Part shown: piece after piece, positions 24,571-36,812 of the stretch | Numbering within the stretch: position 1 is the first letter of the stretch | Layout: each line of letters opens with the position of its first letter | NCBI GenBank assembly: GCA_051294905.1 | Contig: CM119371.1 | Coordinates: 16,618,001 to 16,682,000 of the forward strand | DNA: 64,000 bases | Source of the DNA: Botryllus schlosseri | Lineage: Eukaryota | Direction: 5' to 3' | Made by a program: the position numbers and the translations under genes | Notes under the pieces: model-generated | Told to the model about the DNA's origin: nothing | The model's input: only the letters and a program-made list of their open reading frames with translations | Databases searched by the model: none

Positions 24571-26513
24571 CGTTGGAACAGTCCGTGTGTAGAAGTTCAG
24601 AAGAAAATACACGTGGACCGTTATAGTAGCAAACCCCGCGCATGCCTGTAATCTGTATGCGTGATTTCTAAATTATCATTCGTGTATACGCCGCAAACCA
24701 TTTGCGCATTTTATGGCCGTCCGCTGTTTCCATCAAGTCGCGAAGGGGACCACCCTGTATCCACGGATTCGCCCGCGTCACATGCGTTCTAGGTCTACCA
24801 TGGTTAGGAATAAGCATAGCCAAGACCGTAACAGCACTTCGTCAGCCCCCCCCCCCAAGAAAAAAAAACGTTGGTGTTGAGGCCCCATATGGTGATAGAC
24901 CGATCTTCCGGCGGCTTCGCCCCCAAGACCCCCTCATGCTGTACGCTTTTTTCCGCTACCTATCATCTACATTAGGCTTCAGTTTAGTGGGTATGAGCTT
25001 GTATCGACTATAAACGCGCGAATCGCGAAAAATTTCTACAATTCTTGACTAAATCGGTCAATATGATCGGGAATTGCATATATAAATTGTTATAAATTTT
25101 TATCCTCTCTCTGCTCACGTTATCAGATTTACCGGTAGAGCTGATTGAGTGAGGTCTGATGGGAAAGATAGGACCCCTAAATAATATTTAAACATATTCG
25201 AGTGTACCCGTTGGTATAATGACTTCGTTACATGATGCTATTTCGTGACCTCCTGTCTGCTATGCCAAAAGATATTGAAATCGCCATAACGTACTAAACT
25301 AAAAGACGTACAGAATTTCAAATTGGTATTTCTTTACTGGCAGATATTGTTCCCTCGGGATAGAATTTGTCTTGTTGGGCTCTAATCGCCAGGACCGGGA
25401 CATTCGACGCAAGCCATTTATGCACAAAATTGCACATATTGACAATTAAACATGTATATGTATATATATCGACGTTTTCGGTCAGCACAAGTACAATCGC
25501 TTTCGGCCAAGGTTTTTTCGCGGCTGATCGTTTTGGCACACTTCCCGAAGTCGCATGTTACATGGCCTATAACTTCATATGTCTTGGTGCGTCGTAGCAC
25601 GGTCATGGCCGACGCCAAAGTGCCCATTTCTATAAATCTTTCGTATTTTTTTTGTTGCCGAGAAGGGTACCAAACAATCAAGGTAGGGCTTACTTGACAT
25701 CATTAAGAATTTTTTGAAAACGTTACATGAATTTTCAAAAAAAAATACTCCATGACTTTTGTTAACTCACGAAATAATTCTGGGCCCCCTTCGAGCTCGC
25801 CCGCTCCCCCCCAATTGGAGGGGTTTGGGGTGCGGGAGTTTCGGTACTGAGCGTAGCTGTGATAGCGAAATGTACCAGCTTTAAGCAATTTTAAATGTGA
25901 TTTCGGTGACTGGGATACAGGCCATAAGTGGATGTGAGAGTTCTGATCGCAACCATAGTGACCGTCTTGTAACTACTCAAATTAGAAATTGCCAGAAAAT
26001 TCAATACAGTGATAGAATCAATTCCAGCGGCTCTCACTTTACCGACCGACTTTATAAAACAATGCGTGATTAGTTGGGGCATTGCCGTATATTTACACCG
26101 GTATCAGATCTATTTAACAAATATAATTGATCATAAATTGCAACTATGGCTATTTTTAAGTTACAATATCATGACCAACCGCAGAACCGTAAACCACACA
26201 CACAATCAATAAACTCTACTCCAGATTTTCCGAATAATCCTTTGACGGGTACATGATATATGACCATGGCAGAACACTTGGTCGTTTCAACAATAACATG
26301 CAGTTAATATTAAATCGAAATTAATCACCGTTGCTGTCCGTCGTGGTCTGCGGTTATCATGTGCGAAACCAGTGGGAAGGACGCGTTCCCTGCCCCTATT
26401 ATTTATGACATGTACATTATGATGCCATACCTGTTACTACACGTCTCATTTATCGGAATTAACTGAAAACCTTGATGTATAGCCAACGTATAATTCGAGA
26501 ATATGAATATATG

Positions 26514-26707
26514 CAATATGTTCTCTAAGCTGCGCGCTTGCGCGGCCGCGCACTGCTAACAAAGTCGCCACGCACAGGAAAACGTATTCCGCGCACAAGA
26601 AAATCGGAGTGATTACAATTTTTTAGTTGCTAAGCACTGTTGGGGTAGGGACTGCGTAGTGAGATGGTGGGTGCGTGCAGACTCGTCAAAAATTATAGGG
26701 AACATTG
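26514..26707. mobile_element. hAT MITE, family of 2278-2451
   Basis: Homologous body and right TIR tagggaacattg; degenerate TSD aatatatg/attacatg. Confidence 0.85.
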
Positions 26708-27506
26708 ATTACATGTTTGCGTTTCTAATATGACAACCACATCTAGACTTTCAATACATGAACAATTTTTCAAATAATTCCCTGGCCCATCCGAAAAGAA
26801 CCTGTCGCTCAAGAGTGGGCCATGGCTTCTCGTTTAGTGCCTTTTAAAAATTTTGAAATCATATGAATTGGATATCCTTGTTCGCAACAGAATCTCTATT
26901 GAGAAGTGCCAGGGCGAAATGCCATCTCTTCTGGTATCCCTATAGCCGCAGTGAATCAATATTTGCGCTCTATAATTACCATGTAATCAAATGTCTGGTT
27001 CTCAAGCAAGTGTGATGGCGCGTCTGCGTGTCAGCGCGTCTACGCCGGTGACACAAAGAAAATATGGCTCACTGATGAGAATTCGCTCACCTTTGTAATG
27101 CATAAATTGGTTTAAATTGACGATAAGATTTGTCCGACTGGTTTCTCCGGAAAACACCGTTTGAAACCGTAGAGAGGATTTATAGTAGGCCAGAACCTGT
27201 GATTTTGATACGCTCTGTCGTCGAAATGGACGGAAGTTTGCACCGAAAAGTCTGCTACTTGCAATTTAAGTAGATATCAGTACAAATGAAAAATAAAAAT
27301 AATACAATTTGAAATTTTATCCGTTAGACACGTTTCATTAAGTCGCGTTGCGTACAACTGTTGTAAGCACGTTCTCTACGTCATAAATGCCCGTAGAAAC
27401 GTAGCATACTGATATAAAGTGGATTCTTTTTGATCAGTGGGACTTGGGTAATGAGGCACCATTTTAACGCAAATTTGGGTAGTGGTCTCAAAAGTTAACT
27501 ACTAGT

Positions 27507-30432
27507 TGTGCAACTTTGCATTTATTCATAGGTTAAATACCGTAATAAATGATCAAACTGAAATACAAAAGAACAGTTGCATCGACTTGCCTAATCCCTA
27601 TTGCTCACAAGACGAGGTTGCTAATACATACATGCACGAACGATGCACAATCACAACAACAAGAAGACGAGATCGCTCATGCGTTTAGGGGAACTGTTAG
27701 AGAGAGAGATAGTAGTAAGAGATAATCACACATCAACCCCCAGCTCCTAACGAAATCAACGAGCATTGAGGGAGGAGTTCAAAATACAGCGTGTAGAGAA
27801 CGTCCAACCAAATACTCTAATGGCGATTGAAGTGGGAATCAACATAAAATTTGTGCCCCAATAACGTAGTCCTTGTGCCATACTGGCGGAGTAACATTTC
27901 TGCCCGAGCGCTGGCGTCTATCATTAGACGGTGCGGCAACACTAGTGTCGTCGATCGGTACTTCAACTGGTAGATGATCTTCTGCACTCGATTCGGCGGA
28001 TCTCAGCACGCCAGGGTCTACCTCATGTGACTGTCCACTTAAAGCGGGTGGCGAAACGACTTGAGGTGACGTAGCTGTGCCGGGAGACGAGACCGTTGGC
28101 TGAAAATATGTGTGCTTTTGGTTCGGGAAGTACGGCTCAATCTTGCGTAGAAATTTCCTGTTACGCAGCGTCAATCTGCCGGAACCGTCCACTTTCACGA
28201 GGTACTGGTCATGGTCCCGGCACTGAGCTACAGTGCCGGTTCTGTCCCAGCGAAGGGGATAACGACCGTTTTGGTTTTGAATGCGACAGACGTCACCTTC
28301 AAGAAGCGGTGATAATGGCTTAGTGTTCAACGACAGAGATTCCAGCTGCTTCGCAATACTGGTACGTAACGTGTGCTCGCGACTCTGCCAGAGGTTCCTC
28401 CATAATGGCCTGATGTTGCGCTGGGTGAAAACTGGGACCCATGCTTTGATCGGCAACGCATCTTTCAAAGTCCTGCCAAATACTATTTCTGCAGGGGAGA
28501 GTCCATTCGCGGGGTCGGGGCAATTCCGAAACTGTAGCAATGCCCGAGTAATTGCATCGGTCCGGATGCTGCCATCCTGCGAAATGTTGCCGAGAAGGAG
28601 TCGTTTCGTCGATTTCACCTCGGCCTCCGCGCGGCCATTTGACCTGGAGTGGTAGGCCGACGACAGCCTGTGACGCACCCCCCCCCCCCATATTCGAAAA
28701 AATTTCCGAGTGCTGTGCGCAGCAAATTCGGGTCCCCCATCACTGCTAAGTTCTTCGGCCACTCCAAACGTGCCGAAGTAACTTCGTAATGCATCTCGAC
28801 TAAGGTAGAAGAGTTTCGTAGAATCCGTAATGTACACCATCTCAGCGGTTTCTATGACATCACCAGAAATTGCTGCACCCGAAAGTCTCAGAAACACAGC
28901 GCCCAGGATGTGAATACACTCATCATTAGCTGCAACCAAGCGTTTCTTTACCGGGATGAGATGCTGGTCCTTGAAGCCGCATGCTCGAAACAGTTTCAAC
29001 CTCATCAAGGATGATTGTGCACCAGTGTCCGATATCGCCTTTATCTTCTTGTGCGATATTTTGGGACGCTGGATATTGAACTGGGCATAATCGGCTTGCT
29101 GGGTGGAGACCAAAAGATCAATGGTCGGTTGTGCCTTGCAGTCTTTCAGCAACCAACCGTATGTGCCATCGAATATGTGGTGGTCCAATATGACTTCCGA
29201 AGCGTGAGATTCGACAGTGTTTTTGGTACGGTTTGATACTGAAGCGATATTGATACTGGAAGCGGTGCCAGTACTAGGCGTCTCCGATTGTTTGCTTTGT
29301 CTCCAGCAGGCTAGGCATTGTTTAAACTCGCGCAACCTCGGCTTACCAAACTTCCCATGCAAGAATTTATACTTCTTCATGACATTTCCACATTTGCCAC
29401 ATTTGATGACTTGAGAGAGATCGGGCAACGGCGTGCCAGTAGAAGTGCTGGCCGCAACGCTAGATTCATGCTGATTTCTCATCGTGGAGGAGGTGGCACG
29501 TAGAGCTAATTTCTTGTTTTCAATAATCTGGACAGTTTCGTCTAGCGATTTTGCATCGAGATTTGCAGCACTAAGGACTTGCCGCTGAACCTCATCATCA
29601 GCCAGGCCGGCGATGACAATATGCTTAACAATTCTATCAGAAAAGTCATTGACTTGGGTGCAGTCAGGCTTCGTGCAATTCCTTTGAAATGAGCAAATTC
29701 TTGCAGACGCTTTCACCTCGGCTAGAAATGCACTGAAGGATTGTCCTTGATCCTGCTGGGCCGAAAATAGAGCAACGGTGCGCATGCTTGTGGCGATTTT
29801 GACAACTGCTAGAGATTCAATAGCTTTCAGCATATCACCTTCACTGACCTGGTCGAAGTCACCGACTTGTTTGAAGAGGTCGTTCGATAAAGTTATCTCG
29901 CAGCATTGCCAAAGGTGGCTCTTGATTAGCTTGTCGGGTATCTCGGTCCCTTTTTTAAAATCGTCCCATTTTCTGAGGAATATTTGCCATTCCTCGGCAG
30001 TGCAGCCACGCGAAATGACGGGTCGTTCCATGACAGGGGGTCTCGAACGCGAGACATGAGGACCTGTTGTGTGGATTGTACCATGGATAGAGAGCTGTGT
30101 GGCAGCGCCGGCCGTATCTTCGGATTCAGTCTCATAATTGCAGTCTTCGATTGGGCAAGAAAGCTTCGGCATGGTTAATTCGTATTAAGTTTGATCATGT
30201 GCAACTTTGCATTTATTTATAGGTTAAATACCGTAATAAATGATCAAACTGACATACAAAAGAACAGTTGCGTCGACTAGCCTGATCCCTATTGCTCCAA
30301 CAACTCACAAGATGAGGTTGTTAATACATACATGCACGCACGTCGCACAATCACAACAACAACAAGACGAGATCGCTCATGCGTTTAGGGAAACTATTAG
30401 AGAGAGAGATAGTAGTAAGAGATAATCACACA
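27507..30432 (-). mobile_element. Internally deleted Gypsy/Ty3 (Mag-like) LTR retrotransposon
   Basis: TG...CA LTRs at 27507-27732 and 30198-30432; 5-bp TSD ctagt; purine-rich tract next to the 3' LTR on the minus strand; gag-pol ORF between the LTRs. Confidence 0.95.
27839..30172 (-). CDS. 777-aa Gag / aspartic protease / partial integrase fusion ORF lacking RT and RNase H
   Basis: N-terminal CPIEDC...HGTIH, Gag core (EEWQIFLRKW), CxxC...CxxC, protease DTGAQSS, then directly integrase SSDGGPEF and SAYHSRSNGRAEAEVK, C-terminal RLTLRNRKFLR; no YxDD. Confidence 0.88.
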   Translation of the reverse strand: MPKLSCPIEDCNYETESEDTAGAATQLSIHGTIHTTGPHVSRSRPPVMERPVISRGCTAEEWQIFLRKWDDFKKGTEIPDKLIKSHLWQCCEITLSNDLFKQVGDFDQVSEGDMLKAIESLAVVKIATSMRTVALFSAQQDQGQSFSAFLAEVKASARICSFQRNCTKPDCTQVNDFSDRIVKHIVIAGLADDEVQRQVLSAANLDAKSLDETVQIIENKKLALRATSSTMRNQHESSVAASTSTGTPLPDLSQVIKCGKCGNVMKKYKFLHGKFGKPRLREFKQCLACWRQSKQSETPSTGTASSINIASVSNRTKNTVESHASEVILDHHIFDGTYGWLLKDCKAQPTIDLLVSTQQADYAQFNIQRPKISHKKIKAISDTGAQSSLMRLKLFRACGFKDQHLIPVKKRLVAANDECIHILGAVFLRLSGAAISGDVIETAEMVYITDSTKLFYLSRDALRSYFGTFGVAEELSSDGGPEFAAHSTRKFFRIWGGGVRHRLSSAYHSRSNGRAEAEVKSTKRLLLGNISQDGSIRTDAITRALLQFRNCPDPANGLSPAEIVFGRTLKDALPIKAWVPVFTQRNIRPLWRNLWQSREHTLRTSIAKQLESLSLNTKPLSPLLEGDVCRIQNQNGRYPLRWDRTGTVAQCRDHDQYLVKVDGSGRLTLRNRKFLRKIEPYFPNQKHTYFQPTVSSPGTATSPQVVSPPALSGQSHEVDPGVLRSAESSAEDHLPVEVPIDDTSVAAPSNDRRQRSGRNVTPPVWHKDYVIGAQILC

Positions 30433-30480
30433 CTAGTTTCCGGTCATTGAACTGCAGCGAACTTTAGCGCTAACAATTTT

Positions 30481-32520
30481 CGATTAGTTTGTGCGGATGA
30501 CATTTGTTTTGCAAAAATAGTGCGGATGTTGCTCAAAAAGGATGAAAAGCGCTGCTTTAATCTAAATACATACCGTGGGTTTGTGGCAGTTCTCTTGTTG
30601 TGGCAATCGGTGAAGATGGAAAATGTTCATTTTGGTAAGGCGTTTCTGATACATAAAATATAATCATTTCAAATAATTTAAATCAAATCACATTTTAAGC
30701 CGGTAAAACCAATCAAATCAAAACAATATAGATACCATTTATAAGCACAATATCGGCGCATCGAGCAATAAATATTCGAGTTTCTCTTTTATTTCAATTA
30801 TTCATTACGAAGAATTCGGTTCTTCGGCGCAGGAGAACCATAAATACGCTTTGATATGATTCCGAACGCACATCTCATTTCTATCGTATTTTTAACGCTG
30901 ATCCGCGGAGTGATTTGTGGAATTGCAAGAGGCATATGAAAGGGCGGTGGAGGTGAAGGAAAACAATCTTCTAACTATTAAGTACGTACATGTATCATTA
31001 CTTGTGTAGGATCAGAATCGCGAATTTTATGCACAATTTACCTGCTACATGCCTATACATTATTGTCGAATCTGGTAAATTATTTAACGATTCTACTACG
31101 ATGTCCATAAATGCTGTTTAATTCGAACATATAGCTTTAGGGTTGAGACTAGATACTATATACCATAATAAATAACGTCTTAGCTATTTATTGTAACCTC
31201 TGATATTTCGATGACCCTGTTCATAACAAGTGCACCCCGAGAATTACGGATCGTAGCTGAAAAAGATCCGTTATGAATTGTATTCTTACCGCTGTCCCGA
31301 TGAACTCTTGATGGAGGTGCGTCTGGAATATCAAAAATAGATGTTTGGTGCGGGCTTTTTCAACCTTTTTGCATGGTTGCAACCAGGTAAGTCAAAAGGC
31401 TCCGAGTTACAAGTCAATCTCACTTCTGTAGTTTAGACTCGAGTCAGGTCGAGTCATTATTCATTCACCACCGAGTCAAGTCCGAGTCCGACTTTTCTCG
31501 TAACATCTGTGACTGGCATATGATGTTCGTACAAGGCGGAAAACAAGGTAACTCCAACATTAACATCCACTTATTTTCAGAGCAAAATAGATAGCATCTA
31601 TAAACACAATATCTGCGAGTTGAGCAATAAATATCCAGGTTTCTGGTAATGTTCAGTCATTTAACTTTCCCAATAACGTTGTCTGGAAAATTTGCGTTCA
31701 TGCAACTAAAACGAACATCACGGTCGGTCATATCTTCGGGTGTCAACTCTTACTATTTTATGGTGTATGCTACCAGAGCAGTGGGCATATGTGGAGCAAA
31801 TACTTTCAGCAATCAAACATCACGGATGAAGGTAATGCTGGGGAGATGTTTTACTTTTAGGGTAATTTTGTTTCCAATGGCTCGTAACGAAGAATCCGGA
31901 TCTTCGGTGCCGGAGAACCACAAATAAGCCACGCCTTCATGACATTCCGAACGCACATATCATCTTTATCGTGTTCTTACCGCTGGTCCACGGAGTTTTT
32001 GGTGTTATTGCAAGAGGACGATGAGAAGGCGGTGGAGGTGGAGGAATACGATCTCCTAAATGTTATATCCATAGATGTATTATACTTGCATAGCATCAGA
32101 ATCGCTAATTACAGGCGTAATGTAATTGTTAAATGCCTAGACATTATTGCCGGATCTTGTATCTTAGTTAACGAATCTACTCCGATGTCGATGAATGCTG
32201 TTTCATTCAAACAGACCTTTACGGTTGAGAGAAGCTACTTCAATATTAGATAACGTTCCAGTAATATATGGTAACTTCGAAAATTTCAATGACCCTGGTG
32301 GGTGTCTGATCTCAAATACTACTACAAGTCGTTTCGGAACCTCCCTGTTTTTCGTTGTATCGCAGTCTCGTGAATTTTAGATTTTGGGAAATTTTTTGAA
32401 TAAACTTGAACTAAACTCGAACTTATAACATGTATTCTTGGTGGAGGGGGTGGGCAAGGTGCGTCTGGAACATCAAAAATATATGTTTAGTGCATAGTTT
32501 TTCAACCCTTTTCCATGGTT
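30481..32520 (-). pseudogene. Copies 2 and 3 of the Pro-rich phase-1 exon cassette (30481-31380, 31580-32520)
   Basis: Exons 30574-30645 (TPYQNEHFPSSPIATTRELPQTH) and 31981-32055 (DRIPPPPPPSHRPLAITPKTPWTS); introns homologous to 20941-21930; some splice donors lost. Confidence 0.6.
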
Positions 32521-33122
32521 TTAACGAAGTCACAAGGCTCCGACTCACTAATCAATTTCTTTTCAAGAGTTTTGACTCGAGTCAGTCGCGAAATTCTCTC
32601 AAGTTCATGAATGATTTTTCTAATATTTTTTTTTTGCTAAAATTTCATATAATTCAGTCTTTTTCAGTCACTAAAATATATATTTCAGTGTAGCTGATGC
32701 ACGTGTTGACGTCAAAAAATTTAGGACACGTTTTTACATATCTTAATGGAGTCATCGCCACGCTTAACCAATTTTTATCGTGTAGGTATAGGGCCCAGAG
32801 AAAAAACTGATCACGTGAATCGCGAAAAAAATTTGTCGCTGCATGAAATTCAGAAAATATGACAAACCTATTCAAAGATTGCTTTGGTTTTGTCGAGACC
32901 TAAATTAAAACCCTTTGTTACCCTTACTTTATTAACCCATAGTGACTTACAATACAGTTATCTGTATTGAGTATGTCATCATATATATTGTGAGTATGGT
33001 TTTTAATCGTTTTGTTTTAATTGGTTAGGAACATAGGCTTTTTGAAACATGTTTATTGTATATTTTATCAATACATGCAGATACGATTTATTCTATATAT
33101 AAAACATATCCATAGAGCATAT

Positions 33123-33233
33123 TCAAACACCTTGTTCATATTCACTCTTGGTGGTCACTTTAATTCGCATTGACCTGGACAGCGATCGAATTGAATTCGA
33201 CTTTACATCCCCTTTTTCAGCTACGAGTATATC
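33123..33233 (-). CDS. Putative terminal exon (DILVAEKGDVKSNSIRSLSRSMRIKVTTKSEYEQGV*)
   Basis: tttcttcag acceptor, phase 0, TGA, AATAAA about 65 nt downstream. Confidence 0.6.
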   Translation of the reverse strand, partial: DILVAEKGDVKSNSIRSLSRSMRIKVTTKSEYEQGV

Positions 33234-33355
33234 CTGAAGAAAGAGAAACATCTTGTATAAATTCCTCATTGCCAAGTAACCATATATAACCGATCCAATC
33301 CATTATATTAGGAAACCAAATATTTCGTTGAGCAATGCAATAAGGCTGAGCTCAC

Positions 33356-33493
33356 CGTTCCAGTTCTTGGATGTTTCAGAACCTTTAGGTTAGCATCTTC
33401 GGTGATGATAGTTTCTGGCTCTACAATCGGCGATATCTCGTTAATAATCTGGAGGACGTGATCCAGGTTATGCTTGGATTTGATTGAAGATAC
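33356..33493 (-). CDS. Phase-0 exon (VSSIKSKHNLDHVLQIINEISPIV...)
   Basis: aacag/gtgagc boundaries, 138 nt open. Confidence 0.65.
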
Positions 33494-33629
33494 CTGTTAT
33501 TCATTCGGGATTTCAGTATCACTGGATTATATTTCATGAAATTTAGTATTCAAGTAGCATTTTTATGTGCGTGGAACTTGATATCGAACGGTGTTCGAAA
33601 ATAGCTTTCAAACGCGATTCAATTTTTAG

Positions 33630-34766
33630 CAGAGGTCTCAAACACGCGGCGGCCCGCCAGATCATTTTGTGCGGCCCGCGACGACATCTAAGATTTTCAT
33701 TAATTTTACAATATATAAGTGCCACATATATCTTTTCAAGTTTTAAAGTGGAAATTCGCTCTTCAATTGCTCCGAAAGCCTGAAACTATTCATCAAACTT
33801 CACTATCCGCGCCCATGCAGTAGAAGATTCACTATTTCGCCACATTTCCATTTCATGATGATAAACCCTGATCCTTAGACGATAGTCGTTTACAGCACTA
33901 CAGCACTTATAGACGATTCGTGACTGAAATTTGGGAGTAGACTTGGACGCGACCTTTATTAGAATTACTCGGACTCGGGCTGACTCGATGGCCAAATGAA
34001 AATGACCCGGGTGGACACGGAGTCATGGAAATAGTAATAGATCAGAAGGTCGCAGCGAGGTATTTCGATTAATAAGCAAGCAACCATTGGCAATCTATTA
34101 TTTACATCTTGGGTCGCTAAATCATGTTATTAAGGCCACTCAAATGTACTGAGTGACGTAGCTGTACGTTCCAACAATGTAACAACAATGGGTTGTTCGG
34201 CGTTACGACATTTTTATAACTATGACACATTCATTAATATATTTATAATGTTATTTTTCCGCTCTAATATTCGAATGTAATTGACCATGAGCTTAATAAC
34301 CCACTTATCAGGAGTATACCCGAATCTTGGATTGGGCTACACTGCTAAACCCCACATGCTGTGATATCAGATCAATCTTTATTATCAATCGGTTTAATTC
34401 ACAATATTCATTGTAGCTGTAAAATTATAACGTGATAGCTTTTATGATAGCATTATATATTTTTCCTCTCACATGGCGTCTATATCTTAAAATTATTATA
34501 TATCAAATACAACACTTCTATTCAAATAGTTATAAATGTGATGATTTTTTTTCATGCCAGGCCTAAGTTGAGACAAGAGTAAATAACATTTTTATGATGT
34601 GTGTTGAATCTCAGTCTGCTGTTGGTACACTTTCAATAGGACAATTTCATCCCGTCAACTAAGGCCTACTTGGAAAGACATGGAATACCCATATTGATGC
34701 TGCGGCCCGCGGCGTCGTAAAAACTGGCAAAATGGCCCGGGAGCACATTTGAGTTTGAGACCTCTG
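33630..34766. mobile_element. Third copy of the cagaggtctcaaac hAT family (intronic)
   Basis: Perfect terminal repeats; TSD atttttag/atttagag; internal homology to 18005-19545. Confidence 0.88.
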
Positions 34767-34777
34767 ATTTAGAGCAC

Positions 34778-34948
34778 CTTGAAATTTGTGTTGCTGATCA
34801 TATCCATTGTCGTTGTCCAGTTACCAAGATTCTCGTTCGGTTCGTTAACAATCAAACAGTTTGCTTCTAAACCAACTCTTGAATTCAGAACTTTTGCCAT
34901 CAATTGATAGTTGTCCAGGGTCAAAGTATCAAGCTTCACGGTCTCAAC
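34778..34948 (-). CDS. Phase-0 repeat exon (VETVKLDTLTLDNYQLMAKVLNS...)
   Basis: ttgttacag acceptor, 171 nt open, AAG/gtg donor. Confidence 0.6.
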
Positions 34949-35669
34949 CTGTAACAAGACAAAAATTGCAAGAATAGGATTCAGCTCTTTTGGACATGTA
35001 CAAATTTACTAGCTCATCTGTGCAACACGGCGTTTCAGGGACCATTCTTCCCATCTTCAACCCCAAAACATTTCGTGAATTGTCGTAAATCGACATAAAG
35101 TAGAGCATTGCTTGGGAATTGTTTTAACTTGACAGTTTTCCTCGCGTTTCGATTTCAATATATATGGGCACCCCTTCTTCGAGACAAATAGATATGAGTA
35201 TAAGTTTCGGGACGAACTAAATTCTCACTTACGCGCGAGTGGAATATAACTAGTATACCTCGAGGCCTCGAACACCGGTGGGAGGCTTTAGTGATTTAGT
35301 CTATGTGAGTGCCATGATATTTGGTACATTCAGTTAACAGCATTGCTGCGCCGGCTGTTTCCTCGCTAGGACATACCAAGACATACATCCGTTTTTACCA
35401 TTATCGAATCCGTAAATTGCTCTTCCAGCAATTCAACATCGATATAACCTAATGACTACGGCAGATTTTAACTTGAAAAAATGTTTTTCCACATAATGTT
35501 AATATTGTACTACTTATCTTCATGTCTGGTTAGAACTGTTTGTCCTTACGAAGAAGTTTGGCCTGAAAAAATAACTTTTTGCATCAAAAACTGAAAAATT
35601 TTACATTAAAAACTTTATTTTACCGAAATCTGATCCTATGAAGAAATCCAGTAGTTACATCACGCATTA

Positions 35670-35830
35670 TGGTACAATTTTCGTAGTCCAGTGAAAGATA
35701 TTTTCCTACATTCTTAGGTACAAAGTTTCTGTCCTTACTAAGTAGCTTGACGAGAATGGAGAAAGAACGTTCAACAGCAGCAGTTGTTGGCTGACAACAC
35801 TGAAGTTGTGCGTACACCGTACACTGCTGG
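35670..35830 (-). pseudogene. hAT transposase C-terminal dimerisation-domain fragment
   Basis: CQPTTAAVERSFSILVKLLSKDRNF matches the hAT S/TxxxERxFS motif. Confidence 0.8.
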
Positions 35831-36056
35831 TGACAGACCGTATTGCTTCATTCTGGCAATGTTGTCCACATCACAAATTTTCATCATGTGCTTCTTGATA
35901 TAAGAACCATGCAATGTCCTCGCCGTCTTGCTTCAGTTTGGATGTTGCGGTGCGTTGAGTATAACACCATTTCAACCTATTTGTTTCATTCAAATATTTA
36001 TGATTCACAATGAGCAGACAATGCGCCGTCTACAACGGTAGGCCTATGAAGTAGGC

Positions 36057-36569
36057 CAGTGGCTCTCAACCGCTGGTCCGAGACGACACTCCTGCCGGTC
36101 CCCCAGGTACATCCCAATTTTATTCCCTAATTTCAAGAAGCAATGTTGAAGGCGACAAGTACAGAACAGATACGAGCTGACTCATCGCTAAACAGCGAAG
36201 TTTGCATGATCATTCGTTTTCGATTCATTCATTTTGTGCAGGACCGTAACTGGGATACCCCAAAGGCCCAAACAGACCAATTGAAGAGGGGCCGAGCTTG
36301 AAAAGATTTAAAATTGTTTTGCAAATTAACATGAGTAGCGCATATTTTTGAAAAATTTTACAACATTTTTCAATTTCTTTTCGCGCCTTGCGCGATTTAG
36401 TGTCACTAAATGCCCTGCTTATAGTTGCCCTTCTCCGAGAAATACTCATGATTTATATATATTGCATACTTCACATTTTGGCTTCATTTCAATTTTGAAA
36501 GTCCACCGGTCCGCCAGACATTTTTTAAATTTTACCGGTCCGCGAGGTGAAAAAGGTTGACAAGCACTG
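36057..36569. mobile_element. hAT MITE
   Basis: Ends cagtggctctcaacc/ggttgacaagcactg; perfect TSD aagtaggc. Confidence 0.88.
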
Positions 36570-36812
36570 AAGTAGGCTACAAGCTGTAAAATGTCAAATG
36601 ATAAGTTCACTGAACGTTCAAAATCTACGATAAAAACGAAATGCAGGCTACAAAACAGTTTTAACTTTGTAGACAATTTTCACATTTTTTGACCTAACGC
36701 TACAATTGTGACCTCATTTTAACTTCATTTGACATGTAAAAAAAATCGCCCTAATAATGACACAATTACCAACGCATGGTGGTAGAAATCTCCAAAATAT
36801 AAAAGCATAAAT

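Noticed and set aside
26740..26960. Possible second, decayed NACHT start (TLERQVLFGWARELF on the minus strand)
   Set aside because: No recognisable Walker A or B; similarity too weak to call by eye
28096..30178. Several plus-strand and alternate-frame ORFs
   Set aside because: Shadows of the LTR element ORF
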